Assembly (NCBI RefSeq): GCF_006345805.1
Contig: NC_043015.1
Span: 8,432,001-8,496,000 of the forward strand
Origin: Octopus sinensis
Taxonomy: Eukaryota
DNA: 64,000 bases
Direction of reading: 5' to 3'
Part shown: positions 52,697 through 64,000 of the stretch, piece by piece
Position numbering within the stretch: the first letter of the stretch is position 1
Layout of the letters: the number at the start of each line of letters is the position of its first letter
The notes under the pieces: generated by a model
The model's database searches: none
What the model was told of the DNA's origin: nothing
What the model saw: only the letters and a program-made list of their open reading frames with translations
Made by a program: the position numbers and the translations under genes

Positions 52697-54769
52697 ATAT
52701 ATATATATGCATATACATATATATATGCATATATATGAATATATATATATACATATATGTATACTGATATATATATATATATATTATATATTATATATAT
52801 ATATATATATATACATGCATACATACATGCATATATACATACATACATACATACATACATACATACATACGGATATATACACGCGCGTTTATATGTTTAT
52901 ATGAGCATTTACTTACACTATCAGAAATCTACACAGTGTTGCTTATGGACGTCACGAATTGAAATTCGAGATCTCTGCATGCATTTAAGGTTCCCAGTAG
53001 TAATTACGTTTAACAACTGGAGAAGTAGGGTTTCTTTTGAGTGCTCTTAACGTTAACGTGGTATTCCAACTATGCTTTTTAGAACATCTTTCTTATGAGA
53101 ATCTAAGGTGTGTATGCGCTTATTGCTACGTTATTTAATCATACAGTTAAATATATAGCCTGTTTTCAACACTCCAGTAATCCTCTCTAGCTTTCCAGCA
53201 GAGAATTAGTGTGCAATCCCGGTATTTCTCACAACTTCAGGTTTTGTATTGAAGCAAGTACTTTAATATAGAAGCATATGACGCTTTGACAGAAATATCA
53301 TTCCTGCAATAGTCAGAATAACAGAATGTGGTGAAATATACCCAGGTATTGGCATGTACAATTATTGAACATAAACACATTTTGCCTTCTTGTATAACAC
53401 AAATATCTTGCTCCTTAGAAACCGAGTAATCTCCAAATTTGGTTTGTACCATTTTCCAAAATATTTTGCATTAGCAAACGGTTTTATGGGTACGAAATGC
53501 CTCAACATTTCACGTTTGTGTCTTTTAAGTATTATAATAATGCATTTTTTCTCTTTATCCATGTATTATGGACCAGATGCATCAATGAATCAATTTCTTC
53601 CCTTAACCGCATCCTCAAGATGAAGATTCATCTTTTCATTTTGGTATCATGAAAAATTAAAATCTCTGGTGATTATGACCATTCCAATTTGGCTAAGGAA
53701 TATTAGGTCCGTTTACGAATTGAACATATTGAACGTATGTAGGACTATGAAAACCGTCCCTTTGTATGGCATTTAAATTGTGCCGCTCTGCAGACCAACA
53801 TATGTAGATATACATATTCTGTGAATCAATCAATGGAAATCTTATACAATATAAATTAAATACTAAGCGATAGAAACAGCACCCTCCCCAAGAAAAACAT
53901 CAATACCAACTCGCAAAATCGTTCACTAATTGTATAAAATAGATTATAGGTGTATGGAAAGAGTGACGTGTCTCGCACAACCGTTTATATACATCTGTAA
54001 AAGCGGAAATGCGTTTCCAAGCCATAATTCCTTTATGAACTACATATAATGAAAAAAGCTGAGTTCTATTGTACAAAGTATCACCGACAATATTTTTTCC
54101 CGCCTGTTCCTTCTTATTAAATACATGGTTGTTATTTTTTTCATTTCTGTCAGCGGTCATTTTTTTGCCTATTTATATGCGCAGTTATTCAATTTCATAT
54201 ATTGTATGCGTCAGTGATTGCGTTTCTGTATTTTTGTGCTACAGTATTAATTATCTATAAGTACGACTTGCGTCTTCCAGGGAAAATGAAGTTACTGACA
54301 ATAATATAAAGTGACATGAATGCAGGCATATATTTATTAGAAATCATATCAGTCAGGAAACTGATTTAATTTAAATAATGTTACATATGCAATATCTCCA
54401 TGACTATTTTAACAAATAATACCTAGTTACAAAACTGTAATCATGCTTGACATTTCACAAATATTCCTTTGTTACTTAGGACGAGGTAACATAAATTATT
54501 TTTTGAATCTTCTTTGGATTCGAATACGAAAAGTTTTAACATCTTTCACTGTAGTTAACAAACCTTTAAAAAGAAATGTGTGTGTGTGTGTGTGAATGAG
54601 TGTGTAAATGTGTTTTTGTACAATGCAGTGTGTTATGATAATTTTTACCCCGTTCCAATTTAAGTCACTGAGATATAAAACATGTAGTTGAGTTGAAATC
54701 TACCAACGAGCATATTTGCTTCATGGCGAATTAATCTACGTCCATGAACACCCACATACACACGCATAC

Positions 54770-54815
<46 letters not shown>

Positions 54816-54822
54816 ATATATA

Positions 54823-54875
<53 letters not shown>

Positions 54876-54985
54876 CTCACACAGCAACATTAACGCACAC
54901 ATTCATAAACACGCACCCGAACACACACAAGCATCATCACGCCCACATTCACCCGCACACAATACAGAGCGATGGAGACATGTCT

Positions 54986-55027
<42 letters not shown>

Positions 55028-55719
55028 CATTTTGCCCCAGGTACAACTATGCTTTCATTCATAACATTAGAATATTAGTTGCGAATAGAGGTGTTTGCCA
55101 AGTCTTGAATTCCGTCTTACTTCGTTCCTTATTATTATGTTAGTATTGTAGAACGTGTATTACAATTGAAGTTGTTACATCATGTGTACTGGAGATTCCT
55201 AAAAATACCCATGCATTCACACAACAAGTGTCATGTATACTGTATCACAAACAAAATTTATGGGTAGAATTGTAATAAATTGGATATCATCACGTATATT
55301 TCTGAAAGCGTATTTTCGTTTATCTTGATGTATCAAACATTCTCTGCTCAATACTTTTCATATGTTACATGCAGATGCAAATATAGCAGCTAGATAGGCA
55401 ATTATTTTAGAGAATAATTTAACCTATTTAACACATATCCTTATTGTATACGTTAAAAAAGTGTTTTCTTTCAATTTTGGATAAACAAATAGCTTTGGAA
55501 ATGCCCCCAAAAGTTCCTTTCTTCTAAAATCAGAGCACCTACAATCTTGATCGATAGGGCGATTACATCGACATGCCCATTCCATCGACATCAGTGGCTC
55601 ACTATTGTTTATTTAATTTATCCCGAAATGATGAAGATAGATCTCGACGAAATTTTCACTCAGAAGATAAACATGGATGAAATGCCGCTAAGCTTTAGTC
55701 CGGCCTTTTAACGATCCTA

Positions 55720-56450
55720 GTAGCTCATCGCCTTATCAATGTCCTGTCTATAGTAACTCTGTAACAGCATCAGGTTGGTCATAGTACTGTGTATGAGAAT
55801 GACGAACTCGTTATTTTGAGAGTGATTAAGGATATTCCCAAAGATCTTTTTTTATCGAAACGTTCGAATTTTGGCTATCACAGCCAAGTGTTTTGATGAT
55901 ACTTTGCTCTATATGTAGGCATTTCGTTGGCCATCTTTTTCTCAAAATGCCATCCACAATATTCCAAGGTATTTACGTTTGTGCTAGCGTTCACGGGCAA
56001 AGCATAAATCAATATCTATGCTGGAAATTATGCAAGCGCTCATGATATATGTTTGAACACCAGAAAAATGTCTCGAAAGTACATAAGGATGACATCGCAA
56101 GATTGAACGCATCAAAGCGTCAACTACAAATATTTTTGCCTAAGCCAAAATTTAAAAACTTTGTAGGTCTTGAGTTTAACTAATCATGCCAACCGTTTGT
56201 ATTTAAGCAGTCCCCTAATAAATTGATTTGAACTGCGACCAATTCAATATTTATGATTTTTGGAATAAATTCTTTAGGAGTAAGTACGAGTTGTTAATAG
56301 AAATCTAAAGCTGGAATAGGGTTTTGTACATTTCGAAGACGGATGTACATTTTAGGCTGAGTTAAGTAAATTTGATGCATATAATGCATATAACATGAAG
56401 CAACAGGCTTAGCTTTCATGCAGTATCTGCATCGAATGTCATGGAATGTG
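55720..56450 (-). mobile_element. Possible heavily decayed Gypsy pol fragment (RNase H to integrase start)
   Basis: Frameshifted KPVA, RW...KTYK...GKNI.VVDALMR (cf. GK.N.VADALSR), IVDGIL. Confidence 0.35.
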
Positions 56451-59116
56451 CCCGGGTATTGGCCTCCCGGAACGAATGTTCATTTGACGGATGAACCTGA
56501 ATACATTTGATTGTTTTTGCGCGAAAATCTTCTTTCGGAGAAACCGAAGAATCTCCGAATCGAAATATAATTTCTAAAGATAGAAATCACGTCCCAGTTC
56601 TTGCAATGTAAACTAGAATAAATCACGTATCGACAAAGAAGTGAGAGATTGTTTCTCATATATTCCTTGAGTTAAAAATGATAATGACAAAAGTATTTTG
56701 TTTGTTTTGTAGTTGTGCAACATTTGCTTTTTTATCCCCAAACTAGAGAACATTGAAAGAAACAATGTAACATCTTTGGTTGCGTTGAACATTGTAAATG
56801 ATTTTTTAATCGATAATATTTCGGTAGTTCCTGAATCGAAAATGTTAACAAACTGTAATATATATTTATCGACAATTTCCTTCTGTACAACCTTAATTTA
56901 GCCTACACTTGAAGATATATTGTAGTTCGTTAAGCCTGAGCACACATCAGAAGCAATGCACTATATCATAATTGCAATGAATAAAGAGAAAACAAATAAA
57001 ATAAAGGATTCACAACGGTCATTAATTCTGATTTGAAGAAAAATTATCTGAAATACACTTTAGAAAATAACTGGCGAAAATATAGTCGAATTACATAATC
57101 TAAGACATAAAAAGGATATCTTTGATTTTAGAATTTCTAATAAAAAGAATCAAGTTTGAAAACGGCTCCTTGAAGATTAAAGCACACGACATATTAACTC
57201 AATATAAACATTATTAGTAAGATTAGAATTAAAATATTCCCCTCAAAAAAACGATTCTGCTCATTGTCCAAATATATATAAGAACTGTCTACTGTATATA
57301 TGTGTGTCTGTGTGTGTGTAAGATGGCACGTCATGTTGATATACAGAGGCGTTTCATCATTAGGATAAATACTATTCTCCTTTGGGTTTTCCAGGATTTG
57401 AGAGGTCCAATCTACAGTAAAGAATATTATCGTTTCCTAATATTACCTTTCCATTTCCAATTTCCAAATGTTTCAACATTTCAGAGCTAAGAGAGTTGTT
57501 TATTCACCTGTTTTACTTATATATTATGCATGCTAGAGTGTGTCTATATATATGCATTTCCTCTGTGATTTAAACATTTTTATATATATATCATTGCATT
57601 TCTTCTATATCCGTTTCCATTACTTTTCGCTAATAAAAATTTACTTTAGTAACTAGGTAGATAACATGAGTCACAATTAATTTTCTACTTACCTAAATGT
57701 TACAATATTTAAGTTGCACTGTAAATTATCATTACGTATAACAATGGAGATTCTTCCTATATATTTTGATTATTATAACTTTGTGCTATTAATTTCCTTT
57801 CCTTATATGACTTATTCCATATCTGTTAATGCCGAGATTATCAACGCGTTTTATTCATAATTATTTCATCACCAACTATTTCAACTTTCCCCCGAAGGCG
57901 AATGTAGCATTATGCTATTCCATTGTGATTAATTGATCTGAATTTTCCCTAAAGCGTGTAGACTACACTTTCTAATGTGCGGTGGAATAAATTGGAAATA
58001 CATATAAAAATACAGGAGGACTTTGCTAATTGACAATCATATGTTTCACTGAATTTTAAAATATATTTAGCTACTTAATGCTCCATTAATCATATATTTT
58101 TACATGAACATACCTGAAATAATAGCTTAGTTCTAAAATTTCATTAGAATAGAGTGTATTTAATATGATTTCGCAGATAGGAAAGTAACTCTATTTACGG
58201 AACAGGGATTGATGTAGAGTAATACATATTTAATTGCACACACCTTAAAATTAAACTGTAATTACATCCTGGGAACATCTTTGTAAAATTATATAGGCAT
58301 GCAGATACATAATAATTAGATTTCTGAAGAGTTTTTTAGGTACAAAATGCTCAATAAAACAAGAACCAATATAGTGCAAGACATGTGACTTCCAGTAATA
58401 CTTATTGTAGATATATAGTCGCATAATTAGCTCATCTAGTATACCCTGACTAAAGAACATATCATTCTTTAAATGTTAAGTGTAAATGTTTTCAACTAGA
58501 ATTGAAAGCTATTCCTTTAATCATGTTCGCAGTAACGCCTACAAATAAATTCCTTTACTACAGCTGCCAGATGGTGGATACTTTAAACATTTGCTTATTG
58601 TCCAGTAACATACATGTATCGTGGACGACTAAGACCAAGTTTTAAATTTATTTCTTTCTTGCGCCTCCACTACCTTCTATCTTTACTTTCCTCCTTGTAG
58701 AAGGCGTGCTTTAAGTCTCGTAACACTGATTTCATGCTTTGCACTACATAATATGTTGTGAGAGCACGTTTATTGCAATGCTTTTTCCAAACACTTCTAT
58801 TAGCCTTTAAGCTAAATATTATCTTACGCAGACGATTTGCATTTTTTCCTCCATCACACCCTAATTCTAGCCATAATATTTTCGCCGTCCACATCTATTC
58901 TCTTCGGATTACAGTGAGTCTGAATATTTAGCGAATGGAAATTTTATATCTTTTAGGTTTACGTCAGAACTGAGTGATTACGATTTTCATGTTAATCATG
59001 TGGTATACATATTCTGTTTTGGTTTTGGTTAATACCGTTTATTTGTAGTTGCTGTGTCGACTCTTCAATTCTTGAGGGCAATTGCGCATTTCAATCTCGC
59101 TGTTTGACGTAATGGT

Positions 59117-59244
59117 GTGGCGATGATGATGATGATGATGATGATGATGACGATGATGATGATGATGATGATGATGATTATTAGGACGTCGATGATGATG
59201 ATGGCGATGACGACGACGACGATGATGATGATCATGACGATGAA

Positions 59245-59289
<45 letters not shown>

Positions 59290-59510
59290 AAAGATGATGA
59301 TCGTAATGATGATGACAACGTTGACATCGATGATAACGACGTCGACAATAACGACGAGACGTCAACGACAATGATGCTGATGATTCTGACGATGAAGATG
59401 CTAAAGGGGATATCGGTGATGATGATGAAAATGATGACCATGATGAAGATGAAGATGAAGATTATCACTATAATGATGACGAAAACGACGATGACGACGA
59501 CGACGGCAGT
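59117..59510. repeat. Degenerate (GAT/GAC)n microsatellite
   Basis: Visible; explains poly-M/H/S ORFs. Confidence 0.95.
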
Positions 59511-60135
59511 ACGTGGTCCATCATTTTGGGAGTGAGAAACACAAATCCTTTAATCTTGGTTTGGAAATTGCTGGTATTTTCTCATTGGAAAACATTCGGA
59601 GATATGGAAATATATTCTTGCATTTGAATAGCAAGTAGGAAATCTTTAGCTATTGGTGTTGTTGCAGCATTCGAAATGGTATAATTGTTATTTTCGTTGT
59701 TAATGGAAATGTTGTTAATGCTGGAAGACACCATATTATTGCCAATGTACTTCTTTATTTTTTGTTCTTCTTTCTATCAAAGAATTAATTTTTTGTCGAC
59801 GTTCCTGCTCGTCAGTACTTGTCGTTTCTGTAGCCTCTACCTGTGGTGCGTTTTTGTGGTTGTCTTTTCACTTAAGATTGAGAATTATCAATATTATGGT
59901 TCCAAACATTTTTACCCTCCTCTTCCATATATTTATGCTATGAATTAACATTTCAACGGATATATTTCAGAATAAATAACAAACTGATTGAGAATGAATG
60001 TGGAACTGACCAATTGCGCAGGATTCTGTCATATTTATTTTCAGCACGGAATAAAATTTGTGCGACGTAAAACAATACAACTAAAATTTTGAGAAAGTAC
60101 AAGGTGTATCAAAGCTGGTCTGAGTAATTGAAATT

Positions 60136-60518
60136 TGGAAGCACTCCGTCGGTTACGACGACGAGGGTTCCGGTTGATCCGATCAACGGAACAGCCTGCT
60201 CGTGAAATTAACGTGTAAGTGGCTGAGCACTCCACAGACACGTGTACACTTAACGTAGTTCTCGGGGATATTCAGCGTGACACAGAGAGTGACAAGACCG
60301 GCCCTTTGAAATACAGGCACAACAGAAACAGGAAGTAAGAGTGAGAGAAAGTTTTGGTGAAAGAGTACAGCAGGGATCACCACCATCCCTGCCGGAGCCT
60401 CGTGGAGCTTTTATGTGTTTTCGCTCAATAAACACTCACAACGCCCGGTCTGGGAATCGAAACCGCGATCCTATGACCGCGAGTCCACTGCCCTAACCAC
60501 TGGGCCATTGCGCCTCCA
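60136..60518 (-). mobile_element. SINE family B, full length, 12-bp TSD
   Basis: Reverse complement of the 42-kb copy; agtaattgaaat at 60123-60134 and 60520-60531. Confidence 0.93.
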
Positions 60519-61783
60519 CAGTAATTGAAATACTACAATAATATAAAAAAAACCTTGCTGCTAATTACCATGCTTTATAACTTAGGTGCAAAGAGGCGAC
60601 CAACTTTAAGCGGAGGAGAATCGTTGAAAAAAAGACCCAAATAGTTAACTGTTACATTATTTTTATTGAATCCGTAGTGATGAATGGAAATTTGCATGTT
60701 TGGAAATTCCGTGTGATTTCCAAATAAACCTAACTCAAACTTGCATTTATTTTTTTGTTCCCGGATCGTTAACATGAAAAAGCAAATTTTATCTCTGCAG
60801 GAAAATTCAAAAAAAAAAAATTGAAAATAAAGATTTGGAGAAGAATAGATCACAATAAAACAGAAGACTTTTGAGTTATAAGATATTACTATAAAACTAA
60901 ATATAGAAGCAGCGAAAAATATCGTATATAAAGATAACATTGAAAACCTGAATCATCCGGATATGCTTAATGTAGACCTAATACGCATTATATGTACTAT
61001 TTGTTTGGATTAGTATCATAGCACGCTTTACTGTAATAGATACAATCCTATATTCACAATATAATCGGGAAGAACATGATGGAAAATGCAGCATTAGCAA
61101 AATGAATCAAAACAATATAATAGAAATCCGATCAATCAAGATGAACATTAGAAAAGAGATGAAGATACAAAATCCATTGGAAAAAGGGATTTATAGAGTA
61201 TTCAGAAGATTGTGTTTAAAGCAATCACGATGCACAGTGTTATTATATTTGTTGTCCTCTCAGAATGCCAGCCCTCATCAATAATCCCAGTTTTATATTT
61301 TATTACAGGTTTCAATGAGATTTGTACCAATCTCGAAGGGCATGTACGAGAGAATGCATCTGGGACAATTGCAAAAGCACAATTCACCATAATATATTCA
61401 ACTCACACGCGCATCCTTAGCGAAATGGTATACATATGATGAAGGAGACATTTATAAGTCTGAAACTCTCCAAAGTTGGGCGAATATGTGTGTGTTTGTG
61501 TATATATATGTATATGTATACAACCACACACATACACACATACACACACACGCACATACACACACATACACATACACACACACACACTTTGTAGTTTGAT
61601 CGCAGGTGATCTACTTATAGCTTATGGCTGACCACATAGTGGTTTTTAAGCCCTTTAAATATACACATGTATTAGAATTTTCGCTGATTCTTCAGATTTT
61701 TGTATGCTAGGCTACTGGTTTTAAATTGATGTTAATTAAATTAATATTCAATGTATCTCCCTCATTATTTAAATGTATATATA

Positions 61784-61846
<63 letters not shown>

Positions 61847-61968
61847 TATGGGGCAGTGCAGGGTTTGTTTTTTCACAGCCATCCATTCATTGGTCTCTTG
61901 TTTTGTATATGCAACCTGTAATGGACTCGAATAATTGACGTTACGTTTTTGCACAGATCATTCGCCAA

Positions 61969-62048
<80 letters not shown>

Positions 62049-62149
62049 GGATATGTGTGTGCGTGTGTGTGTGTACAAATCAAAAGTGTCTTTACCCACA
62101 CTTACACCACATGAAAGTAAGCAAACCTGCATAATTTTTGCCACTACAT

Positions 62150-63620
62150 GTGTAGAAAGAGAGGCAGCAACATTTGATTGCATCAATATCAATGAGGAAG
62201 TAAATCCGACAATATATTTTGTAGATGCAAATCAACCGCTATCCTGGTTATATTCCCACCAAAACCATCGCTTTCTGCAACTAGTAAGCTCCCTGTCAGG
62301 TAGAAGCTGCCTGACACAGCTCTTAAAGCAGCTTCTCAACAACTCAAATATAGACGTGATATATTTAGAATTTTTAAAATCCCTTGATAAAGTCAACCAT
62401 CGTATGACATATCATAAACTGAGTAATCTTGGCATCGTCGGAAAATTGGCTTTAACATAGAAGTGAAATAGTGGTGTCCAACGGATCCACCTCCAAAGTA
62501 AAACAACTGATGAGCGGTGATCCAGATGTCACTGTCTTGGTGCTACAGCTATTCATAGTGGCCTTCTGAGACGCACTTAACCACACTTGATAGCTATGTA
62601 GATGTCACAAAATGTTTTCAGAGGATAGATAACCTTAGAGACGTTGTGCCTCTGAAGCAGTATTCAGAAGCAATTTGCAGATGGGCTGGGGAAAGTGACT
62701 TAGAGTTTAATGCTGGACAATTCCAAGCCCTACGCTACCAACACACGAAAATCAATACAAAGCAGAGAGGATATACTGGCAATCCCTGAACCAAAACCAG
62801 TGCGTGTCTTGTGTACAGACATGAGGAATGATGCATCTTTCCAGGAGAATAATAAGTTGGCAATAAAATGCAGGCGGTTGGCCAGATCGATCCTTCAAAC
62901 TTTCAGAACGGGTGAACAGGAAATGATAGTCCGCTGGGGAACATACGTCATTAGCCGTTTAGATTACTACTCCCAACTATGGTCATCACACTGTATAAAA
63001 TTCACTGTGGACTTCGAAGCAATCCGGCGAATCTACACAAAAAAGATCGAATCAATGCGACAAGTGATTCCTTGTTGAACGAAACAGGACTGATGTGTCA
63101 TTCATTACATTGCGAAACAAGAATTAAATTCGTTTTGCCAAACGCGAATTCTCAAGAATTTACCTGAAAGTGAATTCTTCTGCAAGCTCAAGATTTCTGT
63201 CATTTGTTTAACAAACACAGCAAGGGTAGTTGCATGATGGATGTTTAGATTTACTGTAAGCACGTATGTAACCTAAATTCTTTATACGATCAGTTTCGTG
63301 ATATGTAAACTATGCTACATGGAGTGACTGAAAAAGTTAATTAGTTACTCTCTAGACTGAAATATATCTCGAACTCATAGAAGTTCTAAGAAAGTTTGGC
63401 ATTGTCAGTTACACAATGGTCAAGATACCAGAGCAAATACTACAACGCGTTGGGCTTCTTGGGCCCACAGGTCTTCAATATCTCCTCACAAAACCTGAGA
63501 TACGTAAATTTTCTTTTGATAATGGTAGCCTTTTGTATCTGCTTCAGGAAGTTGTCAAAGTACTCTCCATTGATGATGTAGCCCTTTTGAAGATAGTCCA
63601 AATCTACAATATTTTGGCTT
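62150..63620 (+). mobile_element. CR1-clade LINE RT remnant
   Basis: GRSCLTQLL, DVIYLEFLKSLDKVNH, SYVD.TK, SRLDYYSQLWS, GPQVFN; unrelated sequence interrupts ~63075-63395. Confidence 0.85.
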
Positions 63621-64000
63621 CTCAAAAGTTGATGCCATTCGGTTCCATGCAGATGAACCTACTTTCGCCATTTGAGGGCGGGTCAAGACAGGAGTTTTCA
63701 CAGCATGGGTTGTGTCTTTGGCTCAAAGTGTTCAAAACACCATTCATCGTGGGTTAGGAAATGTTCGAGAAAACCAGCGGAATCTTCCTCAAACTATATC
63801 AGAATTCGCCGTAATGTAATCAGCATAGTGCGCATCTGATCACGTGTCAGAAGACATGGCACCCACCGAAGAGAAACCCTCTTGCTCTCTGGTTCATTGT
63901 GCTGAATATTCTCAATCCTCTAACGGGATATGCTGAAAGTATTGGCTATTTGATTTATAGTCAGTCGCCTATCATTCATCACCATGTGGTGAACACGTTC

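Noticed and set aside
53230-53640. Minus-strand ORF fragments possibly of retroelement origin
   Set aside because: No motif could be assigned with confidence.
58670-58894. 74-aa minus-strand ORF as an exon
   Set aside because: No homology recognised and splice signals are weak.

Overview
AT-rich, repeat-dense eukaryotic DNA, most likely an octopus/cephalopod intronic or intergenic region (inferred from the extreme (TA)n/(CA)n density and the tRNA-derived SINE repertoire). No complete host gene could be supported; nearly all listed ORFs are microsatellite read-throughs or transposon relics. Relics include two Chapaev3-type DNA transposase remnants, RTE and CR1-type LINE fragments, two Penelope-like elements (PLEs; RT and GIY-YIG), three or more SINE families, Helentron-like and mariner-type non-autonomous elements, and a possible Gypsy pol fragment. 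The main discovery is a set of type I hammerhead ribozymes (HHRs) read by eye. Three intact copies sit in a 352-bp head-to-tail array (22.65-23.76 kb), single intact ones lie at 1.83 kb and 49.4 kb, a one-mismatch copy at 11.8 kb, and decayed ones at 12.9, 32.5 and 42.6 kb. The four best-preserved loci lie in mutually unrelated 350-510 bp non-coding blocks bounded by (TA)n tracts. Two of them show the same inverted-piece + truncated-unit + full-unit architecture, with breakpoints abutting the ribozyme. This looks like a diverse retrozyme / PLE-mobilised ribozyme retroelement system. All alignments and folds were done manually; coordinates of decayed elements are approximate.
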